In this document: positions 19,125-28,323 of the stretch, one piece after another
How positions within the stretch are numbered: the stretch's first letter is position 1
How the letters are laid out: each line of letters opens with the position of its first letter
DNA from: Rhodopila sp.
GTDB taxonomy: Bacteria; Pseudomonadota; Alphaproteobacteria; Acetobacterales; Acetobacteraceae
Direction of reading: 5' to 3'
Assembly (NCBI GenBank): GCA_050010355.1
Contig: JBEKLE010000007.1
Span: forward strand, 3,976-67,975
DNA: 64,000 bases
Notes under the pieces: model-generated
What the model was told of the DNA's origin: nothing
Seen by the model: only the letters and a program-made list of their open reading frames with translations
Databases searched by the model: none
Made by a program: the position numbers and the translations under genes

Positions 19125-19797
19125 TGAGGTGGTCCCTAAAAACTGGACAGCGCCCGTTCGGCTGCCAGATCTGCTACGACTATCGCCGCTCGGAACTCGG
19201 AACACCAGCCGCGCTGGCGCTGCAACACCCGTTCGGTCGGATATCTGGATCGAACAGCCGCGCCGGGCGCACCGCGACCACGCTCGCCGCCGAAGTGTCC
19301 GCCGCCGAGATAGGCATCGTCGAGTTCGACGTGCCTACGCAACGGCTTCGTGGCGTCACGCTCCATCATCACCTGCGCCAGCATGTGCTTGACCTTTCAG
19401 GCCGTCGTCTGGGTCCACGCCGAGGCGACGCCATGCCCTGCTTGCTCTGGGTCAGGTGATACATGGCGCGGACCACAGGCGCAGTGGCAGATGGGTCGAG
19501 GTGTTAGATCGTGCCTGCGATCGGCGAGCTCTGGCGGCGGCAGGCGCTGCACTGAAACAGGCCACGCGACTTCACTTGGCAGTAGGCCGCCCGATGCAGC
19601 ACGGGGAGCCGTCCGGCCACCGCGACGGACTCACCACGGCGCGGCATTTTTCCCTTCGTGCCGTAGATGGCCTCGAACCCCGCCTCACTGAGACCCTTCT
19701 GAAATTGAACCTTGTTCCGAGCCATCGTCGCACCCTGCTGGACTTCTTGTTCACGTTACCTCGATGCCAGGACGGCTGAGGAAAGTACGTAAACAGG
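19125..19797 (-). mobile_element. Degraded IS1595-family (ISXO2-like) transposase remnant with a possible IS3-type end on its left
   Basis: MARNKVQFQKGLSEAGFEAIYGT, FQCSACRRQSSPIAGTI and VELDDAYLGG in broken frames; candidate IR CCTGTTTACGTACTTTCCTCAGCC (19774-19797, minus); TGAGGTGGTCCCTAAAAACTGGACAG at 19125-19150 resembles an IS3 terminus. Confidence 0.75.
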
Positions 19798-19865
19798 TTG
19801 AATTTTGATCATCAGAAGAAGGTGGAGCGGTCACGGTGGCGTTCTCCTCTCCGCTCCCGGTCTGA

Positions 19866-20857
19866 TCAGAAGCTCACGCCGATCCCCGCAGAGAAACCTG
19901 AAACGTCTGGCCCGAAGAAATACCGCCCCATCAGGCGCACACGTTGCACTGTTACGCCGAAGGCTCCGACCTCCAACCCGCCGACATCCACTTCGAGACC
20001 TCCACCAACGCTGGTCAGCGAGTTGAACCCCAGTGCGCGCGCTTGGTCCGCGAAGAAATTCGAGTGGGTCGCCTCGACAACGTAACGGAGCGGACGGTTC
20101 AGCACCTCGACACCTGTGGGCCAACGCAGCCTCGTCCACAGACTCGCGGAGACTGCGTTCGCTTGGCCCCGGACCGCCGGCGAGGTGTCGCCCCAGGTTG
20201 TGAGCCAGAGACTGGTGGAGCGCAGTTCCATATCGAATTCATACGCCTCCTGGTGCTTATAATAGCCTAGCACCAACGCCGGCACCCGCGGAGTCGATGT
20301 GCCCGTACGATAGGAAGCGCAGGTCGGTATCGGTCTTGAAATTGAGGTGTAGTCCGAACAGGTTCGCGTCGGACGCAACGTAGCCGACCATTCCGTTGAC
20401 GATGGGCCGAAGAACCCAGTGCTCCGACAGATGGAAGTCCCATCCGATGCCGGCCATGCCGGCAAGGCTGTTCCACCGCGTCGGAAGTCGCCGTTCCTGC
20501 TGTCCTTCGCTGAACAGGAATTCCGGGTCATAGCGCGCGTAACCGATATAGCCTTCAAAATAGAGCGCGAATGAATCGGACATGGTACCGCCGGAGCCGA
20601 ACTGCCCCAGGATAAGGCCGGGACTGCCCGTTGAAGCGCGATTGATCTGAAAGGAGCTGGTGCCTATGCCGGGCGCTACGGAGTAGCCAGGCACGCCGAG
20701 CACGCCATTGGCGTTGGCGCGTAGGTTGGTGCCTACAATTGGTCCCAGGCTCGCCGGGGTCTGCGCGCTTACGGTGCGGCAAGAGGATGGGCGCGATGAC
20801 AGCAGCGCATTGTCCCAGGCGCCGGACCGAACAGTGCTGGGTGATAGCGATCTGCAT
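19866..20857 (-). pseudogene. Outer-membrane beta-barrel protein with two frameshifts
   Basis: ATG overlaps the lipocalin stop; signal-like frame shifts near 20780 into TVSAQTPASLGP...; second shift near 20280 into LVLGYYKHQ...GIGVSF (terminal Phe). Confidence 0.65.
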
Positions 20858-21384
20858 CAGGTTTGGGGCGGAGTCTTGACAAGTTTGGTTGTATCAAAGC
20901 CCTGGGCAGCGGCGACACGCTCCGCACAGGCATAATCCTCCGCGGAAAGCGTCGGCGTTCGGGACAAAATCCATAGGTAACGTCGGCTTGGCGATCCGAC
21001 GACCGCCCACTGATAGTTCTCATCGAGGCCAATGATCCAGTAGTCGGCAGAGAATGGCCGGAAGAACGTTACGTGCAACTTTGATCCGCTCACATCGGCT
21101 GCACGTCCCCAGCCCTCGCTGATCTCTTCCCGCCCCCCTTTCAAGACGTCACTACAGGTGTTACGGATACGGAACTTGCCATCCGGCTGAAGGGTGTAGG
21201 TTGCATTGACGTTTACGCACCGCTGGCGCCAAGCATCTTCGAAATCATTCACATAGCGGGCAGCTTCGTGCCATTCGCCTGCATAGCGTCGTAGATCGAC
21301 GGAGGCCACCGTCTGCGGGTGGCGAGCCGGGGTCGCGCATGCCCCGACGCCAAGAGTCAGAAGAAAGATGCAGCGTGTTAACAT
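20857..21384 (-). CDS. blc: Bacterial lipocalin (Blc-like lipoprotein)
   Basis: Lipobox VGAC, VDLRRYAGEWHEAAR, YWIIGLDENYQWAVVGSPSRRYLWILSR; GAAAGGAG RBS. Confidence 0.9.
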   Translation of the reverse strand: MLTRCIFLLTLGVGACATPARHPQTVASVDLRRYAGEWHEAARYVNDFEDAWRQRCVNVNATYTLQPDGKFRIRNTCSDVLKGGREEISEGWGRAADVSGSKLHVTFFRPFSADYWIIGLDENYQWAVVGSPSRRYLWILSRTPTLSAEDYACAERVAAAQGFDTTKLVKTPPQT

Positions 21385-21907
21385 CCGCCTTTCTCCTTTC
21401 TTACGATGTTTCGGGGAAGGCTGGGTAAGCGCTCGAATAAGAGAACCTCCCTGCGCCATGCTCAACAGGGGCCGTTTATCACTACAAAAGATCCGCCCTG
21501 CGAAATCTCTTCGGAAGAAGCGACGCAGGACAGCGGGCGAAAGCGAAGAGCAGTAGCGGCAGCGGACGGGTGGGTCAATCGATCCCGCCCGTTTCCGTTT
21601 GGCAGCGACATGGTGACGCCCTCCTTGGCAAGCTGATCCCGGACAAACTGGCACCACTGATATTGCGTGATCGAAATAGGTCCCGTGTAAGTCTCGCTTG
21701 AATCTTGCGCGGCGGATATTGCAAGTAGGTCTCTTCATCAGCTCTTTGATCGCAGCATTGATCGATACCAGAGACTAAGTGTGTTCGGTGTACCACGCCT
21801 TGTCCGTCGCCCGCTCGCGATAGGCCCTGTTCAGGCCATTTGCCGCCGCATCCAATCCGTCGCGGATCGTTCGCGCGACGTCGGGTTTCAACTCGAACTG
21901 CCCGAAG

Positions 21908-23122
21908 TCATCTCGACTTGGCACGGGCCACCATGAAGTCGCGCGTGATCGGCACCGACTCGATCCGCCGGGACAGCAGCAGCTGAAACACCATGTTCGG
22001 ACCGTTGCGGAAACCAACTTGTACGGCGGCGAGATAGTACTCCCACATGCGGCAGAACCGTTCGCCGGAAATGGCGACCGCCTGGGCGCGGTTGGCGGCA
22101 AACCGGTCGCGCCAATGCTGGAGCGTATAATCGTAGTGGCGGCGTAGCACTTCCATGTCAGCAACCCAGAGGCCGACCCGCTCGGTGGCGGCGAAGACTT
22201 CGGAGAGCGAGGGCGTGTAGGCGCCGGGAAAGACGTATTTGCGGATGAACGGCCCGGTGGTGCCCGGCGGCGTCATGCGGCCGATGCAATGGACGAGTGC
22301 ATAGCCGTCATCGGTCAGCAGCTCCCGGATCTTCCCGAAATATTCGGCGAAATGACCGATGCCTACGTGCTCCATCATGCCGACGGAGACCACGCGGTCG
22401 AAACGGCCGGACAGCTTGCGATAGTCAAGCTCGACGAACTCCACCCGTGCACTAACGCCGGCCGCTTGCGCGCGTTCGCGCGCCACGTTGATCTGCGCGG
22501 GGGAGACGTTGATGGCCGTGACCAGCGCGCCAGCGAGCCTAGCCAGGTGAATCGCGAGCGATCCCCAGCCGGAGCCGATCTCGGCGACCGCCATGCCTGG
22601 GCGCAGGTCCAGTTTAGCCGCGATCCTTTGGAGCTTGTTCAGCTGCGCCTGCTCGATCGTTTCGTGCGCTGGATCCTCGAAGAAAGCGCAGGAGTAGTTC
22701 AGCCCTTCGTCCAGGAACAAACGGTAGATCGCAGTATCGACATCGTAATGCTGCCGCGCGTGCAAGGCGGCGACGCCGATCGGATTGGCCTGGTGCCAGC
22801 GCCGCGCCGCCCGCCAGATCTGCCGAAGCAGGCGCTGTGAGGCATGCCCGGAAAGGGCCGCCCGATTGAGCGAAAACAGGCCCATGAGACCACCGACGTC
22901 AGACCCCTCCTCGAACGTCAGTGTCCCGTCCATGTAAGCCTCGCCGGCATAAAGCTCGGGGTTAAGGGCGAGCTTTATCTCAAGAGCACGATCATGCAGC
23001 CGCAGCGTGACCGTCGGACCCGGCACCTTGTCCCCGAAACTGCGCAGCGTCCCGCCGCTGTCGAACACCCGGAGTGTTCCTGTTTGGATGAAGTTCGTCA
23101 GAAGGTTCGACAGCAGCCGCAT
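21908..23122 (-). CDS. cfa: Cyclopropane-fatty-acyl-phospholipid synthase family methyltransferase
   Basis: HYD, LNYSCAFF, EIGSGWG, FDRVVSVGMMEHVG, FIRKYVFPG, RMWEYYLA. Confidence 0.9.
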   Translation of the reverse strand: MRLLSNLLTNFIQTGTLRVFDSGGTLRSFGDKVPGPTVTLRLHDRALEIKLALNPELYAGEAYMDGTLTFEEGSDVGGLMGLFSLNRAALSGHASQRLLRQIWRAARRWHQANPIGVAALHARQHYDVDTAIYRLFLDEGLNYSCAFFEDPAHETIEQAQLNKLQRIAAKLDLRPGMAVAEIGSGWGSLAIHLARLAGALVTAINVSPAQINVARERAQAAGVSARVEFVELDYRKLSGRFDRVVSVGMMEHVGIGHFAEYFGKIRELLTDDGYALVHCIGRMTPPGTTGPFIRKYVFPGAYTPSLSEVFAATERVGLWVADMEVLRRHYDYTLQHWRDRFAANRAQAVAISGERFCRMWEYYLAAVQVGFRNGPNMVFQLLLSRRIESVPITRDFMVARAKSR

Positions 23123-23814
23123 TTTTCGTGCCGTAGCTCCAAGACTAATCGCATAAAGTTAAGCTGATCCTCCCGCACACCTGGGTTGTTTTCAACTGTC
23201 CGCTCAGGCGCCTCGCGCTGATCGGGCCGACGGCGGATCACATCCATGGTCAATGGAGGCGGTTCGCCAGGTGCGGCCGGAGGGATTTTGCCTCCAGCCG
23301 CCCACAGAACCGTGCGTAAACCTCTCGATTTACTCGGTGCAACGGGTTCATTCCGATATCGATCATACCGCCAACGTTTCTCCCGCCGCCCCAACCAAGA
23401 CACCGCCGTCAAGTTTCGTATCGCCCGCAATCAAGCACTCACCATATGGGCCGAGGTCACCGGCGTGGCGATGGCTGCCTGATCACGCCCGCGCCAGCCG
23501 TCGCTCAAACCGTCGCACTTTTCGCGATTCCATCAGCAACAAGTTGACGGTGCCCGAACACGGTGGTGGCGGAGCGTCTCGTGATGAGCTTGCGTCGGAC
23601 CAAGCACATCGCGTGTTGACATTAGCCTCGTTCAACGATATTGGGCCCGTAAAACCATAAGATACTGCCCAACAATAACGCAAACCTCATGCTGTCACGC
23701 AAACCCATACTGTCTAGCCTCGCGGCCGGGTTGGACACCTCATGGTCGTCTGCGAGCGGCACGAGCGACCGGCATCCTGCCAAGGTCCGGCTTTAGAAGC
23801 GGGAGGAGTGTGGT

Positions 23815-24387
23815 ATGAGAATGAACATCGTTCGCTTCAGCCTGGCGGCGGCGGTGCTGACAGGGATAAGTCTGCCTCTTACAACCGCTCAGGCGGTGAC
23901 GGTTCAGGACGAGGACCAACTCAGCGGCACGGTCGAGTCGGTTGATCAGGCAACACGGCAGGTTCTGTTTCGCGGGCCGGAAGGCGGATTGGTGACTGTA
24001 ACGGCCGGACCGGCTGTGAAGAACCTTGCGCAGTTGAAACCCGGCGACAAAGTGATCGCGACCTACCGACAGGCTTTCGCGGCGGAACTCGCTAAACCCG
24101 GCACATCTGCGCCCCCGCTGCAGGCCGCACAGAGTACCAGCCGCGCGGCGCCTGGCGAAACTCCTGGCGGCAGCCATGAGCAGATGATTCGCGTCCGAGT
24201 GAAAATTACTCGCATCGACCATAAACATCATGTGGTTTCGTTTATTGGGCCGGCGAAGATTGAGCGGACCGTCGATGTCGACGACCCAGATATGCAGAAT
24301 TTCCTAAAAACGCTCGAGGTCGGCGACGAGGTTGACTTGACCTACACAGAGGCGCTTGCCGTCAGCGTAGAAAAAATGCCGAGCTAA
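23815..24387 (+). CDS. Secreted hypothetical protein (paralog of 17425-17994)
   Basis: Signal peptide ending AQA; TVESVDQATRQVLFRGPEGGLVTV and LKTLEVGDEVDLTYTEALAVSV. Confidence 0.75.
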   Translation: MRMNIVRFSLAAAVLTGISLPLTTAQAVTVQDEDQLSGTVESVDQATRQVLFRGPEGGLVTVTAGPAVKNLAQLKPGDKVIATYRQAFAAELAKPGTSAPPLQAAQSTSRAAPGETPGGSHEQMIRVRVKITRIDHKHHVVSFIGPAKIERTVDVDDPDMQNFLKTLEVGDEVDLTYTEALAVSVEKMPS

Positions 24388-24567
24388 TCCAAGTAACAGA
24401 TCGTGGCCTGACGGCAGCGATCAGCATAGAGGAGAGGCCAACGTCGCCCGTTCCGGATCGCCAGGAAAACCTTCACGGCGTCGCCATCCCTAGGTCTCAG
24501 TCGCTGTAAAAATGCGGATAGTGCAGAGGTGTAGCGAAAATCGCGCGTTTTTGACGGAACTCTGCTA

Positions 24568-25590
24568 ATGGGTGATGGGCAGGACACAGGGAATGCGCGC
24601 TTCTTCGCTCGCACCGGACCGCACACGCTGGCGACGATCACGGCTGTCGTCGGCTGCGAGGCCCCCGTTGAAGAAATCTTGATCTCTGGGCTCGCGTCAC
24701 TTGAGGACGCCGGTCCAGACCAGATCAGTTTCTTGGGCACTCCCCGTCACGCCACCCTGCTTGAACAGACCCAGGCCGGTGCGGTGATCGTGCCGCCCAG
24801 CCGGCGGGACAGGACGCCCGAGCGGACAGTGGCCCTGGTGTCGTCTGCCCCCATCGTTGCCTGGGCGCGCGTCGCGGCCTTGTTCCACCCGGCCGCGACG
24901 GTGCAGGCAGGCGTCCACCCGACGGCCTGTGTCGCGCCCGGCGCGATGGTGGATGACAGTGTCGAGGTTAGCGCCCATGCGGTCATCGGCACGCAGGCGA
25001 AAATCGGGCCGCATTGCCTGATCGGTCCAGGTGCGATGATCGGCGACGGAGTCGTAATGGGCCCGGATTGCCGGATTGGTTCGCATGCCAGCATCACCCA
25101 CTCAATCCTCGGGGCCCGCGTCTATATCTATCCCGGCGCCCGCATCGGCCAGGAGGGGTTCGGTTTCGATATGACCGAGGCCGGGTTCGTTACCATACCA
25201 CAGCTGGGATGTGTCATCCTGGAGGACGATGTCGAGGTTGGCGCCAACAGCACGATCGATCGAGGGGCGCTACGAGACACCGTGATCGGGTCGGGCACGC
25301 GCCTCGATAACCTCGTGCAGATCGCGCATAATGTTCGCATTGGCCGGTATTGCGCGATCGCGGCGCAATGCGGGATCGCGGGATCGGTCGCAATTGGCGA
25401 TTTCGTGGTCATGGGCGGACAGGCCGCCATTGCCCCGCATGTGACCATTAGATCCCGAGTCAGGATTGGCGCGCAGGCCGGTGTCATGTCTGATATCGAA
25501 GAGGGGGCGGTCGTGGTCGGCAGTCCGGCCAGGCCGAGAAACGAGTTCTTTCGTGAAATCGCGGCTTTGAAGCAGCAGGCCCGGCGCTAG
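24568..25590 (+). CDS. lpxD: UDP-3-O-acylglucosamine N-acyltransferase
   Basis: Hexapeptide repeats, [42 protein letters not shown]. Confidence 0.92.
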   Translation: MGDGQDTGNARFFARTGPHTLATITAVVGCEAPVEEILISGLASLEDAGPDQISFLGTPRHATLLEQTQAGAVIVPPSRRDRTPERTVALVSSAPIVAWARVAALFHPAATVQAGVHPTACVAPGAMVDDSVEVSAHAVIGTQAKIGPHCLIGPGAMIGDGVVMGPDCRIGSHASITHSILGARVYIYPGARIGQEGFGFDMTEAGFVTIPQLGCVILEDDVEVGANSTIDRGALRDTVIGSGTRLDNLVQIAHNVRIGRYCAIAAQCGIAGSVAIGDFVVMGGQAAIAPHVTIRSRVRIGAQAGVMSDIEEGAVVVGSPARPRNEFFREIAALKQQARR

Positions 25591-25889
25591 GTGACGCCCA
25601 AACGACGCTTCCCGGATGGCGTCCGCTGAAGCGACCTTCCGCTGATCCATCCGTTGACAGATCTTCATAATGCCGTTTTGGGCCACGTTACGCAGTAACG
25701 CGCCGCCGTGCGTCACCGGCAAGCGCGGCTCGGGGCGGCGGCAGCGCCAGCATCGAATGGAAGCGGTGGCCGAGCCAGGAGAGCCACATCTCCGGCTCCG
25801 TTACCATGCCAGCGATTATGGATCATGTCGTTTTCGTAAGCCGATTGCGACAGGGCCAGTTGTGTGTGTCCCCTGTTCTTGTTTGTGGT

Positions 25890-26010
25890 TCAGACCGCGA
25901 GATAGCCCGCGACCTTTTCCCTGAGCGTCCTCGTGCACGATGTTGCCGCCTTCCAGAACGAGAACGCCGTCGGCGATCTCCAGGGAAAAGCTGAGCACCT
26001 GGCGTCAACA
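25890..26010 (-). pseudogene. 3' fragment of a LivF/UrtE-type ABC ATPase
   Basis: VLSFSLEIADGVLVLEGGNIVHED, then a shifted frame KVAGYLAV*; no Walker A region upstream. Confidence 0.5.
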
Positions 26011-26330
26011 GGTCTCCATCGCCGAGATGATGCGAATCCAGGCCGGGGTCATCGCCGCGCTGCGCGAGGACACGCTGCACGACCGCTTCCTTGCGGATAT
26101 GAGTCTTCGCAATGTGCTCGATGGTCACCCCCGGCCTCCGCCGCAAGCTTGGCCGCGCCGTCGTCCGGCTTAGGCTTAGCCCATCTTTGACACTCCGGAC
26201 GCCATTTTCCGTAATGACTCTGGAAATCCCCCGTAAATGACTAGGTCAAAGTCTAGAACCCGTCATATGGTGACATAATCTCCGGGAAGCCCATTGACGG
26301 AATCCCGCCACCCCGAGCAGCCTCCGGGGC

Positions 26331-26591
26331 ATGTTCATCCGTCGCGCCAGAACCCGAAACAAGGCGACCGGCGAGGCCTATTTCACCCACCGCCTCGTCG
26401 CCTCGCTGCGTGCCGGCAAGCAGGTCCGCCAGATGACCCTGCTCAACCTCGGCCGTCATTTCGACCTGCCGCAGCCCGACTGGCCGCGTCTGTGTGCCCG
26501 TATCGAGGCGTTGCTGGCCGCGCAACCCGGCCTGCTCGCTGAGAGACCAAACCCATCGAGAGCCTGGCCCAACGCTATGCCGCCCGCCTGA
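26331..26591 (+). mobile_element. IS1634-family transposase N-terminal fragment
   Basis: MFIRRARTRNKATGEAYFTHRLVASLRAGKQVRQMTLLNLGRHFDL; truncated before the DDE domain. Confidence 0.75.
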
Positions 26592-26655
26592 CGGCCAACC
26601 ATCCCGCGGCGCCATGCTTGCCGATATTTTCGCGTAGAAGAAAACACAACCTTTT

Positions 26656-26686
26656 AAGCCCGGCACTAGGGTGCCGGGCTTTTTTT
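26656..26686 (+). terminator. Intrinsic terminator
   Basis: AAGCCCGGCAC-TAGG-GTGCCGGGCTT perfect stem followed by a T run. Confidence 0.8.
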
Positions 26687-26804
26687 GGCGGACCGTAACC
26701 TGATCCCGTGCCGCCAGGACAGCTTCGATAGGATGCGGCCCTTCAGCTCAATTACAGCGGGATCAAGACTCGCCTCGGCATCCATCAATGACCAAGTTTG
26801 TGGG

Positions 26805-27661
26805 ATGGGCGTCGACATCTACCACCTCCGGCCGCAGGTCCGGCGTCAGGTTCTCATTGGGCAGGCCACGCACAGTGTTGGCGTGATGAGCAGGCTTTGG
26901 AAGGTCACGGAAACCGGGTCGCTCCAGGATCGAATAGACATGATCGAAGCGCTCCAGGATGCCGAGATGACCCGGAACGTCACGACGCCGAATGCTGTTA
27001 TGGTGGACGGCCACAACGAATTCGGCGGGCGTGGGGAAATCTGGGCGTTCCGGCTGCTGGGGTGGGACAAAGGCGACTTCAAACCCAGGATTGCAACTGG
27101 GACCACGTGCCGACAATTGGCTGGGCCGTGGAAACATCCAGCGGAGTTCTTGTCGTCCACGAGGCCGTTGGAGACCGTCTGGTCCCGATGTCCGGCGAAC
27201 GGGCGACAGCGCTCGGTGTCGTTGGCCCGGATGGGCGGCTGGCCGAACATCGGCTGCCGATCATCAGCGAGTGCTACTCCGTCAGCAGCCTGGGTGAGGG
27301 GTTCTATGTCGCCGAGTATATGTTCGGGGACGGCCGGAATCACAGGGTTTCCGGGGGAAGCGAATCCGGCGAACCGCCGGACGTTCAGTGGTTTTTAGGG
27401 CGCGATACGGCGTCCGCGGCTCACTTCAGCCTGGCGGACAAGTTGCCTGCAAACCGAGTTCGGCAAGTTGAGAGCCGACCGTGCCCTGACGCAGGTGCCA
27501 GCACCACATTGAACAATCCGTCACTTTTGGGGCACGCCGGGGCACCTCAGAGGAGTGGCCACAGTGGAGAAAAACGAGGATGCCCTGGTGATGAACGCCG
27601 TCACGGTCGCCAGCAAGGCGGCAGCCGACTTCGACCGGGTCTTCCTTCTGCACTCGCCTGA
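26805..27661 (+). pseudogene. Hypothetical protein, apparently frameshifted near 27120
   Basis: Protein-like sequence MGVDIYHLRPQV...TTCRQL continues in another frame as GWAVETSSGVLVVHEAVGD...; no family recognised. Confidence 0.35.
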
Positions 27662-27821
27662 CGTCCATAACCGGGTCGAGTGGTCGCTCTATGCGACCTC
27701 AGGGCGACTCCTAGACACGCGCGACTTCGGCAATGCGGATTTGGGGTCGGTTCCCGCCGGACTGCTTGCCGCCGTCAATGAGATTGTGTCGGTCAATCAT
27801 CAGCCGCCAGGTAGCGAATAA
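27555..27821 (+). CDS. Small hypothetical protein
   Basis: AGGAG at 27551 fits a GTG start at 27564 better than 27555; protein-like composition. Confidence 0.45.
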   Translation: MATVEKNEDALVMNAVTVASKAAADFDRVFLLHSPDVHNRVEWSLYATSGRLLDTRDFGNADLGSVPAGLLAAVNEIVSVNHQPPGSE

Positions 27822-28004
27822 CGATTGGGTTAGGTGGAAAACTTGAAGTTTTGTCCCAAATGCCGGAGTGTCGCACCTCATGCGAACGCAAAGGCTCGTT
27901 GCACTCCGGCTGTCATGGTATGTTCTTGGTCTGCCCCCGCCTGTTGTGATAGGGCGCGCGTCCGCCTCAACCCGGCCGACGGTGGGCCATCAAGGATCGA
28001 TTCG

Positions 28005-28217
28005 ATGTCTTTTGAAACCGAGGGGTTTTTCTCGGCCGACATGGCCCAGTTCTGGGCTGCCGTTAACAACCAGGGGCCGACGAAAGCGTGGTTCGACTTC
28101 GCGCACGACCTGAGCAGGTTTGTGCTCGAGATGATTGGCCGCCAGAAGATACCGCCATGCAGCGACACGCAGCGGTTCACGCTGACGGCACGCTGGAAAG
28201 GGGTGCCCACTCCATAA
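28005..28217 (+). pseudogene. Truncated N-terminal fragment of a hypothetical protein
   Basis: MSFETEGFFSADMAQFWAAVNNQGPTKAWFDFAHDL, then an abrupt junction with IS-end-like sequence. Confidence 0.35.
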
Positions 28218-28323
28218 CGTGACCTCTAGCATCCCTTCGCCGTTTCATTTCGAAAAGTTCCACCGAACGGTGGCCATTCCTGCCCGGCGGAAGTCGCCAG
28301 CGCGCGCCAGTGGTGAACCCAAA

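Noticed and set aside
21400-21907. ORFs 21575-21796 and 21775-22164 between blc and cfa
   Set aside because: No RBS or recognisable family; one overlaps cfa out of frame
23150-23700. Minus-strand region with several in-frame TGA codons as a further recoding candidate
   Set aside because: Multiple stops including TAA, no Cys-motif context and no hairpin; at most a decayed gene I cannot identify
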